64,000 bases of DNA. Source: Mobula hypostoma. Lineage: Eukaryota. The DNA lies in assembly GCF_963921235.1 (NCBI RefSeq), contig NC_086097.1:134914001-134978000 (forward strand), written 5' to 3'. Every line of letters begins with the position of its first letter. Within the stretch, counting starts at the first letter, position 1. The notes under the pieces are model-generated. The model ran no database searches, was not told the DNA's origin, and saw only the letters and a list, made by a program, of their open reading frames with translations. The position numbers and the translations under genes were made by a program. This document shows positions 38,236 to 49,635 of the stretch, piece after piece.

Positions 38236-39152
38236 TACCAATCATCATCTTCTCAAACTGGTTCTGCCATTTAGAAGAATCCATCATTGATATGTTGCAT
38301 ATTTACAACTCTTGTTCATTTGATTTCCTAAATGTACATTCTTTTGCCAGGTACCTTCTAAGATAAACTACCATCTGTCATTTCCACTGGACATCTTCCA
38401 TCCCCATGTTATCAGACTCCTGAATGGACATTTCAAATTCTAAAAGACGAAGTCTTAATCTCCTGATCTACCTGGCTCTAGCCATCGCATTTTATTTGTC
38501 TCCCTGCACTACATTTTCTCTGTAACTGTAACATTATATTCTGCATTCTGTTTTCCTTTAACAACCTTGATGTACTTATGGGTGGAATGACCTGCCTGGA
38601 TGACACACAGACAAAAGTTTTCCACTGTATCTTGGTTCATGTGACAATAATAAACGAATACCAGTACTGTTGAGGATAATAATTACTAAAACTCACAACC
38701 TCTGGAGAGAAATAAACTCATCCCTGCTCTTGACTTCCTTAGATAACTCCTTTAGTTTTAAACAGCAACCCCCTAATACTCGATTCTTCTATGTGAGGAA
38801 ATAGCCTCTCCACACCACCCTCGATACCAGGGCCCTCATCTTGTAACTTGTGCAGTCCAGTGCACCCAGTCCCGAAGAAAGGGCTCGGCCTAAAACGTCA
38901 ACTGTTTATTCATTTCCATAGATGCTGCCTGACCTGCTGAGTTCCTCCAGCATCTTGTGTGTGTAATCTTGTTTCCCAGAAATGAACATGCCAAATTACG
39001 TTTGCAATTAAATGTTTAATTATTATTAAGTTTTTGAATTATTCTTTTTCTACAGTATTTTTCTGTCTTCTCTTCTAACTTTTCAAATCCATCCTGTGAC
39101 TTGCGTAGAGCCCGTTCACCCACACTCGGCTTACTTTAATTTCCTTATGCAG

Positions 39153-39265
39153 TTCAGTGCACCAAGGACTGCCAAGCCTATTTTGCAGAAGTGTTACATG
39201 AAGCAATGAAAGGTACGGGGACGGACGAGGACACGCTGATTCGCATCCTGGTCTCACGCTCAGAG
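39153..39265 (+). CDS. ANXA13: Annexin A13 coding exon, 113 bp ([38 protein letters not shown])
   Basis: tatgcAG / GTaaaa boundaries. Phase 1/0. Repeat IV. The C..DC..YFAE pattern matches ANXA13. Confidence 0.95.
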
Positions 39266-39555
39266 GTAAAATGGAATTCAAACTTGGCTTTTTGGGTCTG
39301 GTTTCCAATCAGGTTGGACGGGGGGGGGGGCACGGGGAATGATTGGCAGCACTCTGAAAGTAAAGTGCTCATGGGTGGAGTCAATTCTAACCCCAGACAA
39401 CACCCAACCAGTCCGGTAGCATCTCTGAGAAATAGTCAGGTATGAGACACCTCATTGGAACAGAGAAAAAGAGGAATCATGTTTAAAGCAAGTGGAGGAC
39501 TTTGATGGCACAGTAGTGCAGTGTCAAGTCACTGCTTCATAGCTCCAGCACTTCA

Positions 39556-40255
39556 GTAGGACCAAACAGAGTAGGTCTTACACAGTGAATGGTAGAGCAC
39601 TGAAGCTTGCTGTGGAACAAGAGGATCTGGGAATACAGGTCCATAATTCACTGGAAATGACATCACAGGTGGATAGAGTTGTGAAGCTTTTGACACATTA
39701 GCCTTCATAAATCAAAGTAATGAATACAGGAAATGGGATGTTATGTTGAAGTTGTATATGACATTGGTGAGGCATAATTTGGAGTATCGTATGCAGTTTT
39801 GGTCACCTACCTACAGGAAAGATGTTTACAAGTTTGAAAGTGTGCAGGAAAAATTGACAAGGAAAGATTGAATAAGCTAAGACTTTATTCCTTGGCACAT
39901 TAAAGATTGAAAGGAGATTTGATGGAGGTATGTAAAATTATGAGGGGTATGCTTAGGATAAATGCAGGCAGGCTTTTTCCACTAAGGTTGGGTGGGTCTA
40001 CAATTGGAGGTCATGGATTAAGGGTAAAAGGTGAAAAATTTCAGGGAACATGAGGGGAAACTTCATTCAGAGGGTCATGAGAGTGTGGAATGAGCTGCCA
40101 GTACAAGTGGTGCATGCAAGCTCGATTGCAACATTTAAGAGAACTTTGGAAAGGTACATGGATGGTTGGGGGTGGGAAGAGCAGTTTAAATGGTTCTGCA
40201 TGGATTAGATGGGCTGAAGGGCCTATTTCTGAGCTGTACTTTTCTATGACTCTAT
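39556..40255 (+). mobile_element. Decayed CR1 3' fragment
   Basis: LYMTLVRHNLEYRMQFWSP-like remnant and CR1 3' UTR GGGCTGAAGGGCCT...TTTCTATGACTCTATG. Confidence 0.75.
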
Positions 40256-41062
40256 GATCAAGGTTCAGTGCTGGTCTTGAGTGCTGTCTTGTGTGCATGT
40301 TCACCCTGTGACTATGAATGGGTTTCCTCCAGGTGCTCACTTATCCCAAAGACCTGTCAAGTAGTAGATTGCCCCTTGGGTGCATAATAGTACTTAATGG
40401 TCAGCATGGACATGATGGGCTGAAGGGCCTGTTTCCACTTTGTATGACTCTATTATTCTATGACATACTGTGATGGTTAGTATGACAACTAATGCCCTCC
40501 TCACTCCTCCAAAACTTTCCATAATCTCTCATGCAATTTCCACTTACCTGGTAGAAAACAGCTCAAGCGACACTGGAGAAACTCCACACCATCCAGAAGA
40601 AATCAACTCACTTGACAAAGACCACCAACTCCACCCTAAACACTCCATTCATTATTGTGGCTGCATTGTGTACCGTCTACATGGTACATTGCAGTTTCTT
40701 TGTGAGCGGAAACTTTAATCTCTACCAATGGACATAGGACACCACAACCTGCAGGTCCCCCCCCCGCCCACAAGACACACGCCATCACTACATTGTCACT
40801 GGGTCTACATCATGGAGATCCCTTCCCAACAGCTCCGTGGAATCACTTTCAGCAGAAGGACTGAAGCGATTTAAGAAAGTGGCAAGTTGGATGGGTACTA
40901 AATGTTAACCTCACCCGTGACAACTGCAACCTATGAATGAAACACACACATCAGCCCCCTCTGCCCTCCCCAAACCACAGTGATGCCCATCTACATAAAA
41001 GTGATAGGTTTAGCTGATTCCCATACTGTAAGAAAGATGACCTGTACTTCTCTATTCAACAG

Positions 41063-41206
41063 GTTGATCTTCCGAACATTAAGGAGAGGTATCAGGAGAT
41101 GTACAAGAAGCCTTTGGCTGATGACATCAAATCGGAGACCTCTGGGCATTTCCAGAAAGTTCTGCTGGCCTTAGTAAAAGAAGAAAATGGGACAGTTGGA
41201 ATATAA
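41063..41206 (+). CDS. ANXA13: Annexin A13 last coding exon (VDLPNIKERYQEMYKKPLADDIKSETSGHFQKVLLALVKEENGTVGI*)
   Basis: tcaacAG acceptor, phase 0. TAA at 41204-41206. Confidence 0.93.
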   Translation, partial: VDLPNIKERYQEMYKKPLADDIKSETSGHFQKVLLALVKEENGTVGI

Positions 41207-42155
41207 GTAGCTATGTTGTCCTGAGCTTGTCACTATTCAATGGACACACCCATGGTTTATTTCTCGTCATGCTATTGTGATATAATCCTTTACAAATAAT
41301 AGTATTGTAGCATGATCTCTTTTGGAAAAGGCAGACTCTCATTGGTAAATACTTGAAGGAGTAAAACTGCCTGAACAAGAGGGAAATGCGGGGGAGTGGG
41401 ACTAGTTTTTACAAACGAACACAGCATCGGTGGGTGAAACCTGCTCCTTTTGTGCTGGATCATTTCCCAAGGAAAGATGTCTGACATCATGCAAGACAAG
41501 TCATAGTATTCGGTAGGGTTTAGTTGTATGGGGTTGCTGAGGGTGTGTGAGTGGAATGCGTTGTCTGCCTGTGAGTGGGAGCTGCATTCAGTCATGGCTT
41601 TCAACAATTCAAGGGTAGAAAGAGGATTGCAGGGTAAGAGTGGAGCTGTTGAACTTTCCTCATTGTTCTCAAAGAGATTTGGCATGGACTCAGGAGGATC
41701 AAGTGGCCTAATACTGGTCTGTGCTACATTTGACAGTTCATTTTGCCTGTGGCATTGACCAGAATGTTAGGGAACTATCTATTTCCAACCGTCCATTGAC
41801 AGCCTATGATTGTTTGGCAACCAGACTCCAAGAAGACTCAAATCTGCTCAGTGTGCGAAATGGGAAACAAAGTATCATCCTGCCAAAAGAAGTATTCTTT
41901 GACATCTCTACAAGTTAAGTTGATTTTGGAAGTGCAGACCGGACATTTTCTGGTAGAGCTAAATGCAGAACTAGTGTTGCATTTTTTCCCACCTTGCTCT
42001 TAGAAATTCAGGGGCTAGAAGATCCAGCAAACCTGGACTTGTTTTAAGATGTATTCAGCTTATTGCTTCCCGATACATGTCAGTATCAGCCCACTGTGAA
42101 GTCCCACTTTCTTTTACATTACAGTGTAGTTTATATTTCATTGCAATGCATTATA

Positions 42156-42161
42156 ATTAAA
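42156..42161 (+). terminator. Candidate ANXA13 polyadenylation signal (ATTAAA)
   Basis: ATTAAA about 950 nt after the stop, followed by a GT-rich tract at 42181-42210. Not unique evidence. Confidence 0.3.
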
Positions 42162-43166
42162 AGGAAATCTACATGAATAAGTTGCCGTGTCAGTGGTTTG
42201 TCTGTTGAGTCATCGGCTCTGTTTAACATCTTTGCAAGTTAGAAATTTATTGATGTAACGTAGAAATAATGTACTTATTTTTCCCAGAATTACCACAACA
42301 AACTATAACACTGACCCTTTGCTCATCCAACTAGTCAGTGTGAAATCTCCCAATGTCACGGCATCAAGTGTTTGATTTTGTTCCTATGCTCTGTGCATAA
42401 GGCTCCTCTTCGCATCGATGCCCGATCCTATGATTGTGTTATAAGCATCTGTAGGACTTGTTTAATACGTGTGGGAAATATTTATTTGAAGTCCCATCTT
42501 TGTGCAAACACGTGGATCTGATAAAGAAACATTTTGTCACAATAGTTGCAGAGATGTGGTGAGGGATAGGGGGTACAGGAGGGAGGCCAGATGGGAACAT
42601 TTTCGGCATTCCACCTCACCACCGTTTTGAGAGTGAAACTTGTTTGTAGTAAATGGGTTTACTATTATCACATGTACCAAAGAACAGTGAACAAACTTGT
42701 CTTTCATACCAGTCATACAGATAAATTCATTGCAACAGTGTATTGAGGTCGTACAAGGCAAAACAAACAAGGTAGAGAATCCCTTTATTTCTTGGGAATG
42801 TGTTCACACAGGGGCAGGGGAAAACTATTCAGCTTCTTGAAGCCCACTTGCCTTCCAACTTGATTGTTGCTAATATAATGGTCCCACACATGTCTAAGCA
42901 AACATTATACCAAATGTATTTTTAAAAAAAGAACAGGACAGCGCAGTGGTGAAATTAACAAGAGTCCCCTCCAGGTTCTTGGGTGTCTGTAACAGGCTCT
43001 ATTTTTTGCATGTGTCTACTAACCACTGAATTCCTTTTAGCTGGAACTAACCTTACCTCTGGCCATGGAGAACAACAGTCCTTATACACAGTGGATACAG
43101 TGTACAATGGAGGCATAAATTAAAGCAGCATGAAATCAGCCCTTCTGCCTAACACATTCATACTGA

Positions 43167-43390
43167 ACACGAGGAAATCTGCAGATGCTGGAAATTCAAG
43201 CAACACACACAAAAAGTGCTGCTGAACGCAGCAGGCCAGGCTGCATCTATAGGAAGAGGTACAGTCAAGGTTTTGGGCCGAGACCCTTCGTCAGGACGAA
43301 GGAAGGTCTTGGCCCGAAACGTCAACTGTACCTCTTCCTATGGATGCGGCCTGGCCTGCCGCGTTCACCAGCATTTTTGTGTGTGTGTTA
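43167..43390. mobile_element. Mini Penelope fold-back insertion in a CR1 3' end
   Basis: Near-complete palindrome at 43202-43389. TSD ATTCATACTGA at 43156-43166 and 43392-43402. Confidence 0.85.
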
Positions 43391-43402
43391 TATTCATACT
43401 GA

Positions 43403-44410
43403 CCAAGGTGCCTATCTAGGTTAATACCACCTGCCAGTATTTAACCTATATCCCTCTAAATCTTTCCTATCCATGTTCTTATCCAAATGTCTTTTGAATG
43501 TCTTCATTGTTCCCAGATCAACTACTTCCACCAGTAGCTCATTCCTTAAATGTACCACCCTCTGCATGAGGAAGTTGCACTGCCCTCTCCCCCAGGTCCT
43601 CCTAAATCTTTTCTCTCTCACCTTAACCCTATGCCCCAGAGATTCCCTTCCCTTACAGAAAATGCATTCACCTGATCTATGCCTCTCATGATTTTATTCA
43701 CCTCTGTAAGGCCATCCCTCACTCTCCTGCGTTCCAAGAAATAAAGTCTTAACCTACCCAACCTCTCCCTGTAACCCAGGCCCTCAAGTCCTGGTAACAT
43801 TCTCCTCAATCTTCTTTGCACACTTTCCAGCTTCATGACATTGTTCCTGTAGGACTGGTACTAAATCTGTAGACAATACTCCAGCTGCTGCCTCTCCAGT
43901 GTCTCCTGTAACTGAAACATCATGTCCCAGCTCTTAGCCTCAGTGCACTGACCGATGAAGTCCAGTGTGCCAAATGCCTTTTCACCACCTTCAGTGAACT
44001 ATGCACTTGTACTTCCAGGTCCCCCTGTTCTGCAACACTCCTCGGGCTCTGCCATTAACTGGTTTGGCTTCCCAATTGCAGCACCTCACTCTTATCAGCA
44101 TTAAACACTGTTTGCCAATCCTCAGCCCACTTACCCAGCTGCTTAAGACTCCCCTGTAATTTTCAACATCTATTTTAGGTATTGTCCACAAACATATGAA
44201 CCATTCTCATCCAAATTATTCATGTGAGTAACAAGAATCACAGGTCCCAGAACTGACCCCTTTGGCACACCACCAGTGACAGGGCTCTTGTTTGAGTAAC
44301 ACCCTTCTGACATCACCTTCTGCTTCCTGCATTCAAGCCAAAAATGAATCCTGTTATCATGTGCTCCCCGGATCCCTTGCGATCTAACCTTCCTGATTAG
44401 CCGACCATGA
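43403..44410 (-). mobile_element. Decayed CR1 LINE fragment
   Basis: LESVQRRLRRMLPGLEGLGYRERLGRL and GVPKGSVLGP remnants. Confidence 0.8.
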
Positions 44411-47400
44411 GAATGGTGAGGGACGGAGCACTACCTGTGTGGTTGTACGGACTCAATAAGTTGGCCTGGAGAAACATACACTCCGCTAAACACACAAAAT
44501 CTTGAGCAAAACGCTCAAAAAATACAGGAGGAACTCAGCAGGTCAGGCAGCATCTATGGAGGAAAATGGACAGTCAACATCTTAGGCCGAGGCCCTTCCT
44601 TAGCACACCCATGGATGCGACAGCAGGAAGCTAAAAACTGTTTTGCCTGTGGGCCACCTCTATCAGTTCTCGAGGCCAGGTTGTGGAGATGACGAGGAGG
44701 TTGGTGGAGATGGACAGTAATGTCTACTGGCTGTGGGAGTTTGGGAGTGAGAAGGATGGGATCTTGGGTAGTCATTTCAAGGTTTGAACAGGGAAGGAAA
44801 GGCATTTGGAGACACGGGTCTTCATTAGGGTGTGGGGAGAGGGAGGGCTCTCGAGGAGCATGAGGTTGTATGCTTGGCAGTGAAAAGTTTGAGAGGTCAG
44901 TGGGTATTTTTGTACCTCACTCTGGAGAAAAAAAAAACCTTTTTCTGCATAACTTGATAACTTCGCCTCCACCATTTCACCCCCAAATCATTTTTGAGAT
45001 CAGTGATGCCAAAGTTAAAGGGGACAGTTTGCAGTCTACAGAGACCATCGTACTGTGTAATTCCTGATATGGAGGCTTCTTTACAGGGTTGCACTCTCTG
45101 GAATTTTGAAGCTTAAAGAATGATTTGATTGATGATATTAAGGGGAATTGCAATGAGGGTAATGCAAATAGGTGGCATTTTTACTGACTTGGATTTTGAA
45201 TGGCGTAATATTCAAAATTCAAAGCCAGAGCTCTCAGGACAAAAGCAGTGGAGGGGAAAATCTGAAGCCAGCTCCACATGTCTCTGTCAGACAATTATTT
45301 TCAAATCTGAGCTTGACAGAACTGTGCTAGCCAAAGATGATAAGGGATAAAGGGAAAGGTGATTATATGGAGTTATCTCATCATTTTGCCGCAATGTCAG
45401 TCAATGGCAGAAAAGGCTCAATTGTCTGAACAGACTTCTCCCATTTCATTCTTCCCTGGAAATAATCAACAAGTCAGTCAGCTTCTGTAGAGAAAGAGAG
45501 ATGTAGTCATTGCCATTGAAAGTCTAAGTGTATTTCTCTCTTTACAGGTACTGTCTGATCGACTGAGTATTTTCAGATTCTCCTCTTTTTATTTCATCTG
45601 CATTTTTTTTTTGGCTTCTGTGACTCCGTGTTTACTGGCCAAAAGAGCTCAGATAGAAATAGCTCTCAAAACAGGGTTGGGATATCAGTTGGGTTTGACA
45701 ATCTTTTCCGTCTAATACTGCATATAAATAATTCATAGTCTGGGCAGATTGGAGGTGCCTTTCCTTCACTATTATGATCATATGTTAATATTGTGTAATT
45801 GAGAGGTGCAGCACAGAAACACACCCTTCGGCCAATCGTTTGCACAATCAAGCACACATTCATAGTAATCCTACTTTTTAAAAATGTTCCTGACATTCTC
45901 ATCATGAGCAGCACAGATATGGTGAATGCACGCAATCTTTTTTCCAAGGTAAGGGAATCAGAAATTAGAGGGCATAGGTTTAAGAATGATTTACTGAGGG
46001 ACATAAGAGTGGAAAGTTGTGTTGTTTTTGTTGCTAAGTGCTTGCTTATGAGCCAGATACTAGCTGCAAGTTAGATTGAATCGGGACCCCAAGGCACCAG
46101 GAAAGAAATTGGTTTTCGAACCATTTTTAAATGCCGCACAGTGACACCCTTTGAGCTTCTCAATCCGTTGCTATTTGTGTCTTTCATCCAATTTAAATCC
46201 TGCCCGGCTGAAACAAAAATCACACAAGCTAACTCCCATCCTCCTCCCCCCATTGACTCCCAATGGACTGCCAGCCGCCTTGCGAAAGTAGCTAACGTAA
46301 TTGAGGACCCCTCCCACATTGGTCATTCTCTCGTCTCCTCTCTCCCGTTGGGAGGAAATTACAAAAGTTTGAGACTCAAGGACTCAAGACAGCTTCTGTG
46401 CCACTGGCATCAGACTCTTGAACAGACCTCTCATCCGCTAAACAATGAACTCGTGATCTTTCAACCCACGTCAGATTCAGATTCATAAGTACAGTGACAT
46501 GTGGTGTTTGCATTAACAACCAACACAATCTGAGGACTTCATCATGGCCCTTGCACTTTGTTTACTAGCACTGAACTTCTCTGTAATTGCTACACTGCAT
46601 TCTGCATTTTGTTTCTTTTTTTACTATCTTAACTAAATATGTATGCCATGATCTGTCCAGATCGCATGCAAAACAATGATGTTTTACTGTGTCCACTGTG
46701 TAGCATTAATAAGCCAACAGCAGAAATGCCCAGATGTGGAGTCAAAACAAATATATAGAAAATGGATGAAATAGTTCTCTAAAAAAAAACAATGTGTCAG
46801 GTTGAATAAAATAAAGAATCACCCCTTTTAATTCACTAAGTAGCATAGCACGGGACGTGATCTCTACCAGACCTTTACTGAGTCACCCTCTGCTGGAGGG
46901 AATGGGTTTACCACAAAGTTATTCAGCCCCGGGAAAGCCAGCCAACTGTTGTTGTTGACAATCACATTGTGACGTGGATCAGAGCCAAAGGACTCTTTAG
47001 TGACCAACGGTCTATATGTGGGTCAATTGCAGTACAGGGTACAGAGTGACTGATGGTATTTTCCATGATGTCTCCTCTGCTCGGCTGGGCTGTGGCCAAG
47101 ATGAACAGTTTCCTGGCACTGGGACCACACAAACACACTTCCACCCCAAAGAACAAGTGGTACAATATTTAACCAGCGAGCGACTGGTTCGGGAAGATAG
47201 TCTAGCTGTTAGAAATAAATCAGAAGTAACAGTGATATCTCAGAAGAAAATGGCCTCCTCCTGCTCCTTTGCTTCTGTTTGGAAATCATATGATGCCACT
47301 ATTATTTGCCGAAGAGCAGGAAATCCTACCAGTTGTAATGGCTCTTCAGCTGCGTTACCCAAAGCTCTGCTCTGTTGACATGTGCCAACACGTATTGCTA

Positions 47401-47539
47401 CCCTTCATCTCCTTTTCCCTTCCACAGGAAGTTAACCAAACCAGGACCCAATGCGCAACGTTTTCCCAGTACTATCCCGGGCTCAGCTCCCGCTGCTGAT
47501 TCGATCTCATGGGTTTTGCCCACTCGTTGGGGTAGATTT

Positions 47540-48130
47540 AGCACAGTGTGAGAATCTATAGAGTACCACAGCCCAGAAACAGGCCCTTCTGTCCAGCCAG
47601 TCTCTGTTGAACTATTTATCTGCCTAGTCCCATCCACCCAGACCTGGACCATAACTGTCCATATCCCACCTATATATGTACCTACCCAAATTTCAGGTGC
47701 AAAATTTGCAGGTTTAAATACTGAAATCAAACCTGCATCCTCTACTTTCACTGGCAGCCCACCATCCTCTGAGTGAAGGAGTTTCCCCTCAGGTTCCCCT
47801 TATATATTTCGCCTTCCAGCCTTAACCTAAGATCTCTTGTTCTAGTCTCACCCACCTCAGTGGAAAAAGCCTGCTTGCAGTTACTCTGTCTATACCCCTC
47901 ATAATTTTGCATACCTCTACCAAATCAGTCCTCATTCTTCTACGCTCCAGGGAATGAAGTCCTGACCCATTCAACCTTTCCCTGTAACTCAAGTCCTCAA
48001 TTCCCAGAAACATCCTTGTTGATATCTTTCCAGCAGGTAGGTAAGCAGAGCAGCGAATGAGACTCTAAATCAGGCCTCGTCAACATCTTATATAACTTCA
48101 ACATAACACCCCATCTCCTGTACTCAATGC
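47540..48130 (-). mobile_element. Decayed CR1 3' fragment
   Basis: LSYRERLNGSGLHSLERRRMRTDL motif. Confidence 0.75.
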
Positions 48131-48466
48131 CTCTGGCACTCCAGCAGAGGTGCCTCCATTCGGATGAGATTATTTAAAGGGATAACATTCAAGATGCTTC
48201 CAGAGCCATGGAGTAATACAACACGGAAACAGGACCTTTGACCTAGTCTGACCGTGCTAACCAAGATCCCGTTCTAAACTAGTCCCGTTTACTCATGTTT
48301 GGTCCATGTTCCTCAAATGCTTCAGTGGTCTGACCCTTTCCTGTGCATGTACATCCAAACGCATTTTGTTTGTTTAATGGTACCCAGCCCTCCCAGATTA
48401 CCTGGTAGCTTGTTCCATAAATGCAGCACCCTCTTGCCCCCTAAATCCCTTTGAAACTTTGCATCC

Positions 48467-48868
48467 CACACAAAATGCTGGAGGAACTCAGCCGGCCAGG
48501 CAGCATCTATGGAAAAGAGTAGAGTCGACGTTTCAGGCCGAGACCCTTCATCAGGGACTGGAAAGAAGATGAGAAGTCAGAGAAAGAGGGTGGGGGGAGG
48601 GGAGGAAGAAGTACAAAGTGACAGGTGATCAGGGAAGCCAGGAGAGGGGTAAGGGGTGAAGTAAAGAGCCTGGAAGTTGGTTGGAGAAAGAGATAAAGGG
48701 CTGGAGAAGGGGGAGATCTGATAGGAGAGGGGAGAAGAACATGGAAGAAAAGGAAGGAGGAAGAGCACCAGAGGGCGGTGATAGGCAGGTAAGGAAATAA
48801 TATGAGATAGGGAAATGGGAATGGGGAATGGTGAATTGGGGGGCAATTACTGGAAGTTCGGGGAAAAA
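48467..48868 (-). mobile_element. Penelope pLTR fragment with hammerhead motif at 48523-48559
   Basis: Minus strand AGTCC CTGATGA AGGGTCTCGGCCT GAAA C GTC GACT. Pyrimidine-rich pLTR body like 9190-9575. Confidence 0.8.
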
Positions 48869-49625
48869 ATCTTCCCCTCTCATCTTAAAGCTCTGCCCTC
48901 TAGTTTTTGATTCTCTTTCTCTGGGTGTATTCATCCTTTCAATGCCCCACATGACCTTTTACACCTCTGTTAGGTCACCACTCCGTCTCCTACACTCTGA
49001 CGAATTAAGTCCTAGCGTGCCAAACCATTTCCCCCCCCCCCCGACTATAATTCAGCCCCTCAAGAACCTGGCAACAACAGAGGGTGGTGAGTATGTGGAA
49101 TGAGGAAATGATAGAGATGGGTACAACTGCACAATTTAAAAGACAACTGGACAGGTACATAGATGAAAAGGGTTTAGAAGGATATTGGCTAGCTGCTGGC
49201 AAATGGGACCAGCTCAGGCAGACATTTTGGTTGGCATGAACAAGCTGGGCTGAAGAATTTTTTTCTGTGAGGTGTGATGCTGTAATGCTGTTGCAGTAAT
49301 CTGTGGGATCGATCTCCTGTCCAGCAGCAACTTATCAGAACATACAGTGGTTAAGAGAAGCAACCCATAGCGAAAACAAGGTTAAATTTTGAAGTTTGAG
49401 TAGAAACTCCGGTTTGGGGAAATTAATCCAGGTTTGGTACTAGATCAATCAATCCTTTCTGGATGTGTCCCAAGCTTAGAGTAGATGGAGATGGACCCTT
49501 CAAAGGCTGAAAATATCAGACCACCCTGCCTCAGAGGAGTCATCAAAATATTGCATGTCTTATCTTACCACTAGCACAAACAAGTGCGATGTCACATGTG
49601 CTGTTAGCTGAAAGTGTATGCTGGT

Positions 49626-49635
49626 CTATTAATAG
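49626..49635. promoter_or_regulatory. MEF2 consensus site in unique DNA upstream of KLHL38
   Basis: CTATTAATAG fits YTA(W)4TAR. E-box-containing CACATGTG about 30 bp upstream. Confidence 0.35.
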
